The notes under the pieces are model-generated. The model was not told the origin of the DNA. It searched no databases and saw nothing but the letters and a program-made list of their open reading frames with translations. A program made the position numbers and the translations under genes. Of a stretch of DNA of 64,000 bases, positions 1 through 11,888 are shown one piece after another. This DNA is from Escherichia coli (GTDB lineage Bacteria; Pseudomonadota; Gammaproteobacteria; Enterobacterales; Enterobacteriaceae), in NCBI RefSeq assembly GCF_050920415.1, contig NZ_CP169309.1; one strand, 5' to 3'. Position 1 is the stretch's first letter; each line of letters starts with the position of its first letter.

Positions 1-1219
1 CAATGAAGCGATAGCCTTCGATGAATTCCCAACCAGCGCTGGTTTGCCAGGTTCCATGACGACCAAACTGTGAGTTATCGTCGCTGCGTGCTGCGCCTTC
101 AAAGGTAAAATCGCCGACTTGTTGCAGCCCGGTCAGATAGATGCCGGTATTACGTTGATCATATCCATCCTCAACATAACCTGTACCCGGCGTCGTAGTC
201 TGTTTCTGCCAGTCGACACCCGCACCAATACTACCGTGACCAACGATGACATTGTTTGCCCACTGGACGGTGTATTGCTTCATCTCATCGAGCGTCGCCG
301 ACGAATCATAACGACCATAATGCGGATCGTAGTTGTAATCTTTGCTATGGCTATAGCTGGTAATGAGTTGTGATTTAATCAGTTCGCCGTTATAGCGCAG
401 CCCGGCGTCCCAACTTTGGCTATAGAGTTTACGGGTATCGAGCAACGGTGAGCCGGGAGAATAATATGCGTCATAATTGGTACGGTTATCATAGCCATAG
501 CCGCGCACAAAACCGCTCCAGACATCAGTAAAGTTATGCTCCAGCGCGCCATAAAGCGTTTTACTTAAAAAACCATCGTTATCTGGCTGAGCTTGCGTTC
601 CGGTATTACCATAGGCGACAACATCATAACCATGAGTATGGGCATAATCGCCCAACAGCGTTACCCGTGTCTTATCTCCCAGTTGTTGCTGTGTAGAAAC
701 ATCATAGTTCTGATAGCTATTGCTTCCCCACCCTGCTGAAATTTCCGTTCCGGGTTGATCGCGCGTCGTGATGATATTCACGACCCCACCTATTGCATCG
801 GAACCATAGACGGCGGAGCGCGGCCCACGGATATATTCAACACGCTGGACAAGCGCAATAGGGAACTGGCTAAGGTCGGCAGAACCACTCACCCCCGCCA
901 GATTCAGGCGGACGCCATCAATTAATACCAGCACATGACTGGCATTTGTACCGCGAATAAAAATAGATGAGAGCTGACCTGAACCGCCGTTTTGGGTGAT
1001 ATCGACACCCGGAAGACGGCGCAGCACATCATTGACCGAGGTCGACTGCCAGCGGTCGATATCCTGACGCGTCACAACGGTGGTTGGTGCAAGCACAGTG
1101 CTGCGCGGCTGTTCAAAACGGTTAGCAGTAACGACGAGAGTATCCGGGCTGGTATCCTGTGCCCAAGCGGAAAAGGCTGTGACAGAACACGCCGTCAGCA
1201 GCGAAGCTTTTTTAATCAT
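1..1219 (-). CDS. btuB: Vitamin B12/cobalamin TonB-dependent outer membrane receptor BtuB, 5' part only (gene continues past the window start)
   Basis: Minus-strand translation from ATG at 1219 gives [37 protein letters not shown] and continues in frame to position 1 (..[33 protein letters not shown]). Absent from the ORF track because there is no stop in the window. Confidence 0.93.
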   Translation of the reverse strand, partial: MIKKASLLTACSVTAFSAWAQDTSPDTLVVTANRFEQPRSTVLAPTTVVTRQDIDRWQSTSVNDVLRRLPGVDITQNGGSGQLSSIFIRGTNASHVLVLIDGVRLNLAGVSGSADLSQFPIALVQRVEYIRGPRSAVYGSDAIGGVVNIITTRDQPGTEISAGWGSNSYQNYDVSTQQQLGDKTRVTLLGDYAHTHGYDVVAYGNTGTQAQPDNDGFLSKTLYGALEHNFTDVWSGFVRGYGYDNRTNYDAYYSPGSPLLDTRKLYSQSWDAGLRYNGELIKSQLITSYSHSKDYNYDPHYGRYDSSATLDEMKQYTVQWANNVIVGHGSIGAGVDWQKQTTTPGTGYVEDGYDQRNTGIYLTGLQQVGDFTFEGAARSDDNSQFGRHGTWQTSAGWEFIEGYRFI

Positions 1220-1460
1220 TGTAAAGCATCCACAATAGAAGAAGGATGCCGCAGGCTTCATCAATATTACGCGATGATGAGAACCAGATGCGACGTTAGC
1301 CGGCAGGTCTTCGGGCTTGGAGGGGTATATAAAATACTAAGAGATGATGACTTCCCACCGGATGGCAGTGTCCGCATAACGCAATCATCGCACCTTTCCT
1401 TACCGCTGCGCGTCAGCTCCAGATTTGCACTGGATTCCCTATTAACTCACAGGACCGGCG
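1220..1460 (-). promoter_or_regulatory. btuB 5' leader containing the adenosylcobalamin (B12) riboswitch
   Basis: Roughly 240 nt untranslated leader directly upstream of the btuB ATG on the minus strand; the sequence matches my recollection of the btuB leader (established knowledge: btuB is controlled by a cobalamin riboswitch in its long leader). The 173 aa plus-strand ORF 992..1513 lies over it and is not believed to be coding. The 5' boundary is approximate. Confidence 0.8.
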
Positions 1461-1587
1461 AGTGGATGCTACAGGTTGTAACAAGTTGCTGTCCAGACGT
1501 AGCTCACAAATAGGAATACATCAAGATCTGGACATCTGATGAGCAATCCCTACAATCGCCGCGTACATTTCATTTTCAGGATACATC

Positions 1588-2688
1588 ATGACCCCCGAAC
1601 ACCTTCCAACAGAACAGTATGAAGCGCAGTTAGCCGAAAAAGTGGTACGTTTGCAAAGTATGATGGCGCCGTTTTCTGACCTGGTTCCGGAAGTGTTTCG
1701 CTCGCCGGTCAGTCATTACCGGATGCGTGCGGAGTTCCGCATCTGGCACGATGGCGATGACCTGTACCACATTATTTTTGATCAACAAACCAAAAGCCGC
1801 ATCCGTGTAGATAGCTTCCCCGCCGCCAGTGAACTTATCAACCAGTTGATGACGGCGATGATTACGGGTGTGCGTAATAATCCCGTTCTGCGCCACAAGC
1901 TATTCCAGATTGATTACCTCACCACGCTGAGCAATCAGGCGGTGGTTTCCCTGCTGTACCATAAAAAGCTGGATGACGAATGGCGTCAGCAGGCGGAAGC
2001 TTTGCGCGATGCGTTGCGCGCACAAAATTTAAATGTGCATCTGATTGGTCGGGCAACGAAAACCAAAATCGCGCTGGATCAAGATTACATCGACGAACGT
2101 CTGCCGGTCGCAGGGAAAGAGATGATCTACCGTCAGGTAGAAAACAGCTTTACCCAGCCGAACGCGGCGATGAATATTCAGATGCTGGAATGGGCGCTGG
2201 ACGTCACCAAAGGCTCAAAAGGCGATTTACTGGAGCTGTACTGCGGCAACGGTAACTTCTCATTAGCCCTGGCGCGCAATTTTGATCGGGTATTAGCCAC
2301 CGAAATCGCCAAGCCTTCGGTCGCTGCCGCGCAATACAACATTGCCGCTAACCATATTGATAACGTCCAAATTATTCGTATGGCGGCAGAAGAATTTACT
2401 CAGGCGATGAATGGTGTGCGCGAGTTTAATCGCCTGCAAGGGATCGACTTGAAGAGTTATCAGTGCGAAACCATTTTTGTCGACCCACCGCGCAGCGGTC
2501 TGGACAGTGAAACCGAGAAAATGGTGCAGGCGTATCCACGTATTCTGTATATCTCCTGCAATCCGGAAACGTTATGCAAGAATCTGGAAACATTAAGCCA
2601 GACGCACAAGGTTGAACGTCTGGCTCTGTTTGATCAGTTCCCCTACACGCACCATATGGAGTGCGGCGTATTACTGACCGCGAAGTAA
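1588..2688 (+). CDS. trmA: tRNA (uracil54-C5)-methyltransferase
   Basis: 366 aa [32 protein letters not shown]..., with the SAM-dependent methyltransferase C-terminal region; recognised as TrmA. Confidence 0.95.
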   Translation: MTPEHLPTEQYEAQLAEKVVRLQSMMAPFSDLVPEVFRSPVSHYRMRAEFRIWHDGDDLYHIIFDQQTKSRIRVDSFPAASELINQLMTAMITGVRNNPVLRHKLFQIDYLTTLSNQAVVSLLYHKKLDDEWRQQAEALRDALRAQNLNVHLIGRATKTKIALDQDYIDERLPVAGKEMIYRQVENSFTQPNAAMNIQMLEWALDVTKGSKGDLLELYCGNGNFSLALARNFDRVLATEIAKPSVAAAQYNIAANHIDNVQIIRMAAEEFTQAMNGVREFNRLQGIDLKSYQCETIFVDPPRSGLDSETEKMVQAYPRILYISCNPETLCKNLETLSQTHKVERLALFDQFPYTHHMECGVLLTAK

Positions 2689-2693
2689 AATCT

Positions 2694-2719
2694 ATGCCGG
2701 ATGCGCCAGCATCCGGCAT
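2694..2719. terminator. Hairpin between convergent trmA and yijD, likely a bidirectional terminator / REP-like palindrome
   Basis: Inverted repeat gccggatgc gccagc atccggc immediately after the trmA stop. Confidence 0.5.
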
Positions 2720-2727
2720 GATACCGA

Positions 2728-3087
2728 TTACTCAGCAACTTCCTGCTTACGGTTACGCATCTTCGCGCCAATCCAGAACACCATAATGACGGACAGTACT
2801 GCCGGGAAGAAGTTAGAGCCGATATCCGGATATTCCGCACGAACTACCGTGCTGTACAGCAGTACGCCGAGAATAAAACAAGCAGCAGCCAGACCCGGCA
2901 AGCCTACCGGCATAGTGCGATTAAGATAACGTTGATGCAGGCAGTAAACTGTCAGCACCAGGGAAATAATCGGGAATACAGAAAATGGCACAATGGAGCT
3001 AAACAGCGCTGCGAAAGTACCATTAATCGATAAGCCAGCAACTAACGCCAGCAGCAGCGTACCTCTATCTTGATTTGCTTGTTTCAT
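2728..3087 (-). CDS. yijD: Inner membrane protein YijD (DUF1422)
   Basis: 119 aa hydrophobic [28 protein letters not shown]...; its start overlaps the fabR stop (TAATG), suggesting translational coupling. Confidence 0.88.
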
Positions 3088-3734
3088 TACTCGTCCTTCA
3101 CATTTCCCGGAATAATTGCGGTTTTCTCTTGTTCACGGCGATACCAGTAATAAGCCCCTTTCGAAATCATTCGCAGTTGCAGTACCAGTCGCTCTTCTAA
3201 TTGCCGACGTTGTTCGACGCCGACGTCCAACGCCTCGGCACCCGCACTGAAGACAATCGTCACCATGGCTTCGGCTTGCGCTTCAGTAAACGCACGCGGC
3301 ATATGGTTTTCGAGTTCCAGATAGTCCGCAAGTTCCGCAATGAAGTGCTGAATTTCACGCGCAACGGCGGCACGAAACGCAGCGGAGGTGCCGGAGCGTT
3401 CCCGCAATAATAACCGGAAGGCGTTAGGATTATTACCGATGAACTCCATAAATGTGGAGACCGAGGTGCGGATCACACTCCCACCTTTGGCGATACGCTG
3501 ACGCGCCTGGCGCATGAGTTGGCGCAGCATTAAACCGCTCTCATCAACCATGGTCAGACCGAGTTCGTCTACGTCGCGAAAATGCCGATAAAAAGAGGTG
3601 GGAGCAATGCCCGCTTCACGCGCCACTTCACGCAAACTCAGGCTGGCGAAGCTGCGTTCAGCACTTAATTGGCTAAATGCGGCTTCCACCAACGAACGGC
3701 GGGTTTTTTCTTTTTGTTGCGCTCTTACGCCCAT
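3087..3734 (-). CDS. fabR: TetR-family repressor of unsaturated fatty acid biosynthesis FabR
   Basis: ORF track gives 3087..3830; the conserved N-terminus [19 protein letters not shown] (TetR HTH) begins at 3734. An alternative annotated start, MFILWYSAS, would be at 3791. Confidence 0.9.
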
Positions 3735-4068
3735 CACGATGTCTGAATCCTTGCCAAAAGTACTGCTGGCACTATACCAGAGAATGAACATACTGGATTG
3801 CTCCAGTGTTGTGAATGAACCGTAACGCAATAAAACATATTTACTGCAATTCTTTGGCCGGTTCTTTTACGAACATCGGAAACCTGCCGCTTAAACGGTG
3901 AGTATTGGCGATAAAAATCCAATAAAACGTTCAAGGCAAAAGTAAGAAACAGACAAAGCAAAGGCCGCTCACGATATAGCCAGATAAATGACGGGGATCA
4001 ATTGGCTTACCCGCGATAAAATGTTACCATTCTGTTGCTTTTATGTATAAGAACAGGTAAGCCCTACC

Positions 4069-5469
4069 ATGCCACATTCCTACGATTACGATGCCATAGT
4101 AATAGGTTCCGGCCCCGGCGGCGAAGGCGCTGCAATGGGCCTGGTTAAGCAAGGTGCGCGCGTCGCAGTTATCGAGCGTTATCAAAATGTTGGCGGCGGT
4201 TGCACCCACTGGGGCACCATCCCGTCGAAAGCTCTCCGTCACGCCGTCAGCCGCATTATAGAATTCAATCAAAACCCACTTTACAGCGACCATTCGCGAC
4301 TGCTCCGCTCTTCTTTTGCCGATATCCTTAACCATGCCGATAACGTGATTAATCAACAAACGCGCATGCGTCAGGGATTTTACGAACGTAATCACTGTGA
4401 AATATTGCAGGGGAACGCTCGCTTTGTTGACGAGCATACGTTGGCGCTGGATTGCCCGGACGGCAGCGTCGAAACACTAACCGCTGAAAAATTTGTTATT
4501 GCCTGTGGTTCTCGCCCTTATCATCCAACAGATGTTGATTTCACCCATCCACGCATTTACGACAGCGACTCAATTCTTAGCATGCACCACGAACCGCGCC
4601 ATGTACTTATCTATGGTGCTGGAGTGATCGGCTGTGAATATGCGTCGATCTTCCGCGGTATGGATGTAAAAGTGGATCTGATCAACACCCGCGATCGTCT
4701 GCTGGCGTTTCTCGATCAGGAGATGTCAGACTCTCTCTCCTATCACTTCTGGAACAGTGGCGTAGTGATTCGTCACAACGAAGAGTACGAAAAGATCGAA
4801 GGCTGTGACGACGGTGTGATTATGCATCTGAAGTCGGGCAAAAAGCTGAAAGCCGACTGTCTTCTCTATGCCAACGGTCGTACCGGTAATACCGATTCGC
4901 TGGCGTTACAGAACATTGGGCTGGAAACTGACAGTCGTGGACAGCTGAAGGTCAACAGCATGTATCAGACCGCACAGCCGCACGTTTACGCGGTGGGCGA
5001 CGTGATTGGTTATCCGAGCCTGGCGTCGGCAGCCTATGACCAGGGGCGCATTGCCGCGCAGGCGCTGGTGAAAGGTGAAGCCACCGCACATCTGATTGAA
5101 GATATCCCTACCGGCATTTACACCATTCCGGAAATCAGCTCTGTAGGCAAAACCGAACAGCAGCTGACCGCGATGAAAGTGCCGTATGAAGTGGGCCGCG
5201 CCCAGTTTAAACATCTGGCACGTGCACAAATCGTTGGCATGAACGTGGGTACGCTGAAAATTTTGTTCCATCGGGAAACAAAAGAGATTCTGGGCATTCA
5301 CTGCTTTGGCGAACGCGCTGCCGAGATTATCCATATCGGGCAGGCGATAATGGAACAGAAAGGTGGCGGCAACACTATTGAGTACTTCGTCAACACCACC
5401 TTTAACTACCCGACGATGGCGGAAGCCTATCGGGTAGCCGCGTTAAACGGTTTAAACCGCCTGTTTTAA
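4069..5469 (+). CDS. sthA: Soluble pyridine nucleotide transhydrogenase
   Basis: 466 aa; N-terminal FAD-binding motif [12 protein letters not shown]; recognised as SthA/UdhA. Its 3' end overlaps the convergent oxyR 3' end. Confidence 0.95.
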
Positions 5470-6369
5470 CACTTTATCGAAATGGCCATCCATTCTTGCG
5501 CGGATGGCCTCTGCCAGCTGCTCATAGCGGCTGCGCAGCGGTGAGCCCGGACGATAAACCAGGCCAATAGTGCGGCGTGGTTCCGGCTTAATACACGGCA
5601 AATAAACAACCCCATCGCGTTTGCGCTCCGGCGGCACAGCCAGTGCAGGCAGTAAAGTGATCCCGCTACCTGCCGCCACCATGTTGCGCAGAGTTTCCAG
5701 GCTGGTCGCGCGGAAGTGTGTATCTTCATCCGCCCCGGCTTCAAAGCAGAAACCCATTGCCTGATCGCGCAAACAGTGACCATCTTCCAGCATCAGCAGT
5801 TTTTCCCCTGCCAGATCGGCCATCGGTACGCATTCGCGGTTCGCCCACGGGTGATCTTCATAGATAGCCAGCAACATTGGCTCATCAAACAACGGCACTT
5901 CAATGAATGCTTCGCTCTCTTTCACCAGCGCGAGGATCACGCAATCGAGTTTGCCGCTGTCCAGTTGCGCCAGTAACTGGTGGGTCTGTGCTTCATGCAG
6001 ATACATTTCCAGCTTTGGAAAGGTCTGGTGCAGCATCGGAATAATATGCGGTAACAGGTAAGGCCCAACCGTGGGAATCAAACCAATATGCAGCGGCCCG
6101 GACATTGTCTCGCCCTGCTGGCTTGCCATCTCTTTAAGGACTTTCACCTCACGCAGCACGGTACGCGCCTGATCCACCAGCAGCATTCCCGCCTGGGTGA
6201 ACAACACTTTACGGCTGGTCCGCTCCAGCAACATCACGCCCAGCTCATCTTCCAGCTTACGAATTTGCCCGCTAAGCGTCGGCTGGCTAACGTGGCAGGA
6301 ATCTGCCGCACGCCGAAAATGACGGTGTTCAGCCAATGCCACCAGGTACTCAAGATCACGAATATTCAT
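5452..6369 (-). CDS. oxyR: LysR-family hydrogen peroxide-inducible regulator OxyR
   Basis: Conserved start [45 protein letters not shown] (305 aa); the ORF track's longer ORF starts 10 codons upstream. Confidence 0.95.
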   Translation of the reverse strand: MNIRDLEYLVALAEHRHFRRAADSCHVSQPTLSGQIRKLEDELGVMLLERTSRKVLFTQAGMLLVDQARTVLREVKVLKEMASQQGETMSGPLHIGLIPTVGPYLLPHIIPMLHQTFPKLEMYLHEAQTHQLLAQLDSGKLDCVILALVKESEAFIEVPLFDEPMLLAIYEDHPWANRECVPMADLAGEKLLMLEDGHCLRDQAMGFCFEAGADEDTHFRATSLETLRNMVAAGSGITLLPALAVPPERKRDGVVYLPCIKPEPRRTIGLVYRPGSPLRSRYEQLAEAIRARMDGHFDKVLKQAV

Positions 6370-6379
6370 TATCCATCCT

Positions 6380-6464
6380 CCATCGCCACGATAGTTCATG
6401 GCGATAGGTAGAATAGCAATGAACGATTATCCCTATCAAGCATTCTGACTGATAATTGCTCACA
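6380..6464. promoter_or_regulatory. Divergent oxyR/oxyS promoter region with the OxyR binding site
   Basis: Intergenic region between the oxyR start (6369) and the oxyS 5' end (about 6465). Established knowledge: OxyR autoregulates and activates oxyS from this region. The site itself was not delimited. Confidence 0.6.
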
Positions 6465-6581
6465 GAAACGGAGCGGCACCTCTTTTAACCCTTGAAGTCA
6501 CTGCCCGTTTCGAGAGTTTCTCAACTCGAATAACTAAAGCCAACGTGAACTTTTGCGGATCTCCAGGATCCGCTTTTTTTT
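6465..6581 (+). ncRNA. oxyS: OxyS small regulatory RNA (oxidative-stress sRNA)
   Basis: Sequence gaaacggagcggcacctcttttaacccttgaagtcactgcccgtttcgagagtttctcaactcgaataactaaagccaacgtgaacttttgcggatctccaggatccgc followed by a T-run matches OxyS as I recall it; divergent from oxyR and ending in an intrinsic terminator. Confidence 0.9.
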
Positions 6582-6620
6582 ATTCTACAGGCCCACAGCA
6601 AGAGAGCCTGATAGTAACAG

Positions 6621-7904
6621 TTACTCAATCCGATCTTTGACAATAAAGAAGTAACACAGCGCCCCGGTGAACGTCACACAGGCCGCGATAACCAGCGCCA
6701 GATTAAACGAGTGCGTGGTATCCACTACCCAACCGGTTACGATCGGAGCAAAGGAAGCAAAAACAAAACTGCCAAAGTTTTGAATCCCGGCGATGGAAGC
6801 CACTTTTGTTTCTGACACCATCACCTGCACCAGTCCCCATGCAGATGTTCCCGCGAAATGCACGCAGAACAGCGCCATTGAGATAAACGCTACAGCCTGG
6901 GCTGGCGAGGAGGATTGCACGACCAGCAACGTGCCTAATGCCGACATCATCAAACCGCAAACAATAGCCGTTTTACGCGTCTTCGCCAGGTCGTAGCCTT
7001 TTTTCGCCAGCCGATCGACAACAATACCGTTAACCCACATCCCGACCGCCGCCGCGAGGAAAGGAATCGCCGCCACCCAACCGGTTTTCGCCAGACTGAA
7101 GCCTTGCTCGGCTTGTAAATAACCGGGTAACCACGCGATGTAGAGCCAACCGGTATAATTGACGCCAGAGAAACCTAAAATCATCCCCCAGGTTGTCCGA
7201 TGCTTAAACAGCGCCAGCCACTCGCTAAATTGTAATTGTGGACGCGGTTTAACCGGCGCGGAGAGATAGGTCCGTTCTTCGTCGGTCAGGACAAACTGCG
7301 CCCGGTTGCGATACCACGCGTACCAACAGATCCCAACCAGAATCCCCGCCACGCCGATGATGACGAACATTGCCCGCCAGCCCCATGCCAGCTGCATCAA
7401 TACAAGAGCAGGAGGCGCAATAGCCTGACCGATAACGGTAGATGAGTTAAAAATCCCCAGCGCCGTGCCGCGTTCTTTTTGCGCATACCAGTCGGTGATC
7501 GACTTTACTCCCGCAGGCATAAATGGCGCTTCGCCAATACCCAGACCGATACGCATTAAAATAAAGTGGCTAAAAGAATTAACCATTCCTGTTAATGCCT
7601 GCATTAATGACCAGAATATTAAGCCTGCGCCTAAAACTATTCGTGGGCCAAAGCGGTCTAGCAAAATACCGGAAGGGAGTTGTGAAAAACCATAAGACAG
7701 AGAAAATGCAGAAAGCAAAACGCCAAATTCTGTCGCCGATAATCCTAACTCGCCACGAATCGCTTCGCCTGCCACGCTCAATGACGAACGGTCGAGGAAA
7801 TTAACGATCCCCGCCATAAATAATAAAACCAGCGTTACTGTCTGAATACGACGAATCCGTTGCGGTTTATTACCCGCAACACTGGTTGACACATCAACGT
7901 CCAT
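6621..7904 (-). CDS. MFS transporter, anion:cation symporter (ACS) type, resembling hexuronate/aldonate/galactonate-family sugar-acid permeases
   Basis: 427 aa with about 12 predicted TM segments and MFS signature regions (GIVNFLDRSSLSVAG, LLDRFGPR). Accessory gene between oxyS and argH. Confidence 0.75.
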   Translation of the reverse strand: MDVDVSTSVAGNKPQRIRRIQTVTLVLLFMAGIVNFLDRSSLSVAGEAIRGELGLSATEFGVLLSAFSLSYGFSQLPSGILLDRFGPRIVLGAGLIFWSLMQALTGMVNSFSHFILMRIGLGIGEAPFMPAGVKSITDWYAQKERGTALGIFNSSTVIGQAIAPPALVLMQLAWGWRAMFVIIGVAGILVGICWYAWYRNRAQFVLTDEERTYLSAPVKPRPQLQFSEWLALFKHRTTWGMILGFSGVNYTGWLYIAWLPGYLQAEQGFSLAKTGWVAAIPFLAAAVGMWVNGIVVDRLAKKGYDLAKTRKTAIVCGLMMSALGTLLVVQSSSPAQAVAFISMALFCVHFAGTSAWGLVQVMVSETKVASIAGIQNFGSFVFASFAPIVTGWVVDTTHSFNLALVIAACVTFTGALCYFFIVKDRIE

Positions 7905-7970
7905 TTTTAGCTCCTTGAGCGGAATTAATCGATTTGCTGACTATTCAGAAAATAATTAAGCGAACCGTTA

Positions 7971-9185
7971 TTACCAGTTCCACAATGTGCCATCTTCCAG
8001 TCGTGCGACGGGGAGATACGCCGGGTCATACGGATATTTCGCCGCCAGTTTCTCATCGAAAGAAATACCCAGCCCCGGTTCATCGCCTGGGTGCATATAA
8101 CCTTCATCGAAGCGCCAGCTGTGCGGGAAGACTTCAAGCATTTGTTCGGAATAGCCCATGTACTCCTGAACGCCAAAGTTTGGCACCCAGAGGTCAAAAT
8201 GCAGCGCCGCCGCATGACAAACAGGCGATAAATCTGAAGGGCCATGCGAACCGGTACGTACCTGATAAAGCGATGCAAAATCGGCAATCCGTCGCATCCC
8301 GGTAATGCCGCCTGCATGGGTAATCGTCGTGCGAATATAGTCAATCAGCTGCTCTTCGATTAACTGCTTGCAGTCCCAGATACTGTTAAACACTTCACCG
8401 ACCGCAATCGGCGTCACAGTATGCTGGCGAATCAGACGAAAACATTCCTGGTTCTCGGCAGGCGTCGGATCTTCCATCCAGAACAGGCGGTAATCCTCAA
8501 TGCTCTTCCCAAAGCGCGCCGCTTCGATAGGAGTCAGGCGATGGTGCATGTCATGCAACAGATGTTCGTTAAAACCGAACTTATTACGCACCGCTTCAAA
8601 TAACTTCGGTGTAAAATCGAGATACTTTTCTGAAGACCACAACTGCTCTTCCGGCCACAGGCCTTTGGTTGCCGGTTCATACGCCAGTCCTTTGCCCTTC
8701 GCCAGGCCATAAGTGGTTTGCATACCCGGTACACCGCACTGCACACGAATCGCCTTAAAGCCCATCAGCTGGTGCTTTGCATAGTCTTCAAGGACTTCAT
8801 CAATCGTGCGCCCGGTGGTGTGGCAATAAACCATCACGCCTTCACGAGAAGCCCCACCAAGCAGTTGATACAATGGCATATTTGCCGCTTTGGCTTTGAT
8901 ATCCCACAACGCCATATCAATGGCAGAAATGGCCGACATCGTGACGGGGCCACGTCGCCAGTAAGCACCTTTATAAAAGAATTGCCAGATATCTTCGATA
9001 CGGCTGGCATCGCGGCCAATTAATTGTGGACAAAGATGATCTTTCAGATAAGAAGCGACCGACAATTCGCGACCATTTAATGTGGCATCTCCCAATCCAC
9101 AAAGTCCGCTTGCAGTGGTTATTTTAAGCGTAACGAAATTACGTCTTGGGCAAGTAACAAAAACATCTGCAGCAATAATTTTCAT
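7971..9185 (-). CDS. Enolase-superfamily dehydratase, D-mannonate dehydratase (ManD) / RspA-like
   Basis: Conserved start [40 protein letters not shown] at 9185 with an AGGAG RBS (the ORF track starts 20 codons upstream at 9245). The sequence is typical of the mandelate racemase/muconate lactonizing enzyme family. Sits 66 bp upstream of the MFS gene on the same strand. Confidence 0.75.
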   Translation of the reverse strand: MKIIAADVFVTCPRRNFVTLKITTASGLCGLGDATLNGRELSVASYLKDHLCPQLIGRDASRIEDIWQFFYKGAYWRRGPVTMSAISAIDMALWDIKAKAANMPLYQLLGGASREGVMVYCHTTGRTIDEVLEDYAKHQLMGFKAIRVQCGVPGMQTTYGLAKGKGLAYEPATKGLWPEEQLWSSEKYLDFTPKLFEAVRNKFGFNEHLLHDMHHRLTPIEAARFGKSIEDYRLFWMEDPTPAENQECFRLIRQHTVTPIAVGEVFNSIWDCKQLIEEQLIDYIRTTITHAGGITGMRRIADFASLYQVRTGSHGPSDLSPVCHAAALHFDLWVPNFGVQEYMGYSEQMLEVFPHSWRFDEGYMHPGDEPGLGISFDEKLAAKYPYDPAYLPVARLEDGTLWNW

Positions 9186-9670
9186 TATTGCAATCTCCTG
9201 TGTTGTAAATAGATGCTTCAAACTTAATTTTACGCCTACTACCATACAAGAGAGAAAGAGCGATTATTCAACCGTGATCACATTAAAAATAAAAATTTCC
9301 GCCGAGGAGAAAAAACACCCTCAAAAACCACCTGAATAATTAACCATTATCGTTAAAACAACACGTTAAATAATCACATAACAAACTCCATTAATCATTA
9401 AATATGAGCGCAGCAATAGAAATGAATTATATTCAATTAATTAAAATATGTATTGATTGATGTATTGAAAATATGATTTTCATGGGGAGAGTGAAGGTAA
9501 AGAAGACGCAAGAATAAAAAGGAATATGACAAATAATAGTTCTGGTTGGGCGTTAAATTTAAGGTCACCAGAATGCTGACAAATTTCTGCCTGAGGCAGT
9601 CCGCCTACGTAGTGTCGCTACTTTATAGGCGTGGTAAGCTCCCCATTTTCAGGGGAGCAATATAAACCAA

Positions 9671-11044
9671 TTACCCCAACCGCGCCTGCGCAAAAGCAAT
9701 CGCCTGCGCCACCTGCTGCGGGGAGACGCCGCCTTTTGCCGCACGCTTGTCGAGGCACGATTGCAGCGACAGAATCGGATAGACATCTTCGCCAATCACC
9801 TCGCTGAATTTCTGCAACTCACTGAGCGGCAGTTCTTCCAGCGGTTTGCCCTGACGAATGGCTTCCACCACCGCTTCACCAACAATATGGTGCGCCTCGC
9901 GGAACGGCACACCTTTCGCCACCAGGTAATCCGCCAGTTCAGTGGCGTTCGCATACCCCTGCTGCGCCGCTTCCTGGCAACGTGGGCGTTTCACCTGAAT
10001 CCCGTCCAGCACCAGCGCCGCCATATGCAGGCAGTCCAGCCAGGTATCGAGCGCATCGAACAGACCTTCTTTGTCTTCCTGCATATCTTTGTTATAGGCC
10101 AACGGCAGACCTTTCAGCGTCATCATCATGCCGGTCAACGCGCCCTGAACACGACCGCATTTACCGCGAATCAACTCCAGCGCATCCGGGTTTTTCTTCT
10201 GCGGCATTAATGATGAACCGGAAGTAACACGATCAGAAAGCTCCACAAAACCCGCTTCGCCGGTGTTAAAGAAAATCAGATCTTCGGCAAAACGCGACAA
10301 ATGCACCATACCGATAGCGGCGGCAGATAGCAGTTCCAGCACGTGGTCGCGGTCAGAAACGCTGTCGAGACTGTTACGGGTCGCCGAGGCAAAGCCCAGC
10401 CAGCCTGCTAACTGTTCACGGTCGATTTCATAGGCCGTTCCCGCCAGGGCGCCACAGCCTAGCGGGCTGACATCCAGACGCTTAAGCGCATCCTGCAAAC
10501 GGCTTTCATCACGCGCCAGCATCTCAACATAGGCCAGGCACCAGTGCGCAAACGTCACCGGCTGGGCGCGTTGCAGGTGAGTGTAACCAGGCATTACCGC
10601 GTCCTGATTATTCTGCGCGGTTTCCACCAGCGCCGATTGTAACTGTCGGTTAGCCGTCAGCAACTCGCTAACGGTATCCTTGCACCACAGTTTCAGGTCA
10701 GTCGCTACCTGATCATTACGGCTACGCCCGGTATGCAGTTTTTTGCCTAACTGGCCCACTTTGTCGATCAGTTTGCCTTCCACCCAGCTATGGATATCTT
10801 CGGCGTCGCTTTCAAGAATTTGTTGTGGCCTGGCGCGAACATCTTCCAGCAGCACATTGAGCGCCTCTTCCAGTTGCACCTGTTCTTCTGCGGTTAACAC
10901 GCCTACCGTTACCAGCGCTTTGGACCAGGCCACAGAGCCAACAATATCCTGCTCCGCCAGACGGTAATCAAAGCGCAGTGAGTCGTTGAATTGTTTAAAC
11001 CGTTGATCTGCTGCCTGGGTAAAACGCCCGCCCCAAAGTGCCAT
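9671..11044 (-). CDS. argH: Argininosuccinate lyase
   Basis: 457 aa, [37 protein letters not shown]...; fumarate lyase family signature [12 protein letters not shown]. Confidence 0.96.
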   Translation of the reverse strand: MALWGGRFTQAADQRFKQFNDSLRFDYRLAEQDIVGSVAWSKALVTVGVLTAEEQVQLEEALNVLLEDVRARPQQILESDAEDIHSWVEGKLIDKVGQLGKKLHTGRSRNDQVATDLKLWCKDTVSELLTANRQLQSALVETAQNNQDAVMPGYTHLQRAQPVTFAHWCLAYVEMLARDESRLQDALKRLDVSPLGCGALAGTAYEIDREQLAGWLGFASATRNSLDSVSDRDHVLELLSAAAIGMVHLSRFAEDLIFFNTGEAGFVELSDRVTSGSSLMPQKKNPDALELIRGKCGRVQGALTGMMMTLKGLPLAYNKDMQEDKEGLFDALDTWLDCLHMAALVLDGIQVKRPRCQEAAQQGYANATELADYLVAKGVPFREAHHIVGEAVVEAIRQGKPLEELPLSELQKFSEVIGEDVYPILSLQSCLDKRAAKGGVSPQQVAQAIAFAQARLG

Positions 11045-11104
11045 AACTCTGTTTCCTTATTTTGAAATTCAATGCCAGAAAGCTACGTCTCTGGCCAACA
11101 AAAC

Positions 11105-11881
11105 TTAAGCTAAAATCCGCGTACCCATCGGCATACCGTTAAACAGTGCCGGAAGCTGTTCCGCATGACGCCAGGAGGCAATATCTACCGGGCGACCCAG
11201 CGTGCGCGCAGCGTCCAGCGCCGCGTTCACTTTCACTATCATGCCGTCAGTAATAATGCCCTGCTCAATCAGTTGTTCTGCTTTCGCTGCGGTCATTTCG
11301 GCAATACGTTGCCCTTTGCCGTCGAGAATACCGCTGACATCAGAGAGCAAAATCAGATCCGCGCCCAGCGTTGCCGCCAGCGCCGTCGCCGCCTGGTCAG
11401 CATTGACGTTCATCAGTTGCCCTTCGTCCGTTACGCCAATGGAGCTGACCACTGGTAGATAACCGTTTTCCAGCAACGTGTTGATAAGCTTAGGCGAACC
11501 TGGCTGCGCCAGTCCAACATGGCCTAACTCTTCATCGAGCTGGGTCACTTTTACGCTGTCGCCGTCACCGAGAAACAAACCTACGGCTGCAATCTGATGT
11601 TTCTTCGCCCATGCCAGCAGGGTTTTATTTGCCGTTCCCGCCAGCGCTCCGGTGATAATGTCTATCTGATCCGCAGGCGTCACCCGCAGGCCGTTTTTCT
11701 TTTTCACCGGCAGATTCAGTCCTTTCATCAGCTCATCCACCACGCAGCCGCCGCCGTGGACAATCACCAGCGGACGCTGATGTGACTCGCGATAATTCAC
11801 CAGGGCGCTAAACAGACGTTCCAGCGCCTCTTCACTATCCAGCAGTACGCCGCCCAGTTTGATAATTAATGGATTCATCAT
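11105..11881 (-). CDS. argB: Acetylglutamate kinase
   Basis: Conserved start [24 protein letters not shown] (258 aa) at 11881; the ORF track starts 11 codons upstream. Confidence 0.95.
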   Translation of the reverse strand: MMNPLIIKLGGVLLDSEEALERLFSALVNYRESHQRPLVIVHGGGCVVDELMKGLNLPVKKKNGLRVTPADQIDIITGALAGTANKTLLAWAKKHQIAAVGLFLGDGDSVKVTQLDEELGHVGLAQPGSPKLINTLLENGYLPVVSSIGVTDEGQLMNVNADQAATALAATLGADLILLSDVSGILDGKGQRIAEMTAAKAEQLIEQGIITDGMIVKVNAALDAARTLGRPVDIASWRHAEQLPALFNGMPMGTRILA

Positions 11882-11888
11882 TGCACCC

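Noticed and set aside
119-373. 84 aa plus-strand ORF at the window start
   Set aside because: Antisense to the recognised btuB coding sequence; spurious.
992-1513. 173 aa plus-strand ORF upstream of trmA
   Set aside because: It lies over the btuB start and the btuB leader/cobalamin riboswitch on the opposite strand; no RBS or recognisable protein features. Treated as a non-coding regulatory RNA region.
7925-8344. 139 aa minus-strand ORF between the MFS and dehydratase genes
   Set aside because: Out-of-frame overlap with the 3' part of the dehydratase gene, whose frame matches the enolase superfamily throughout; spurious.
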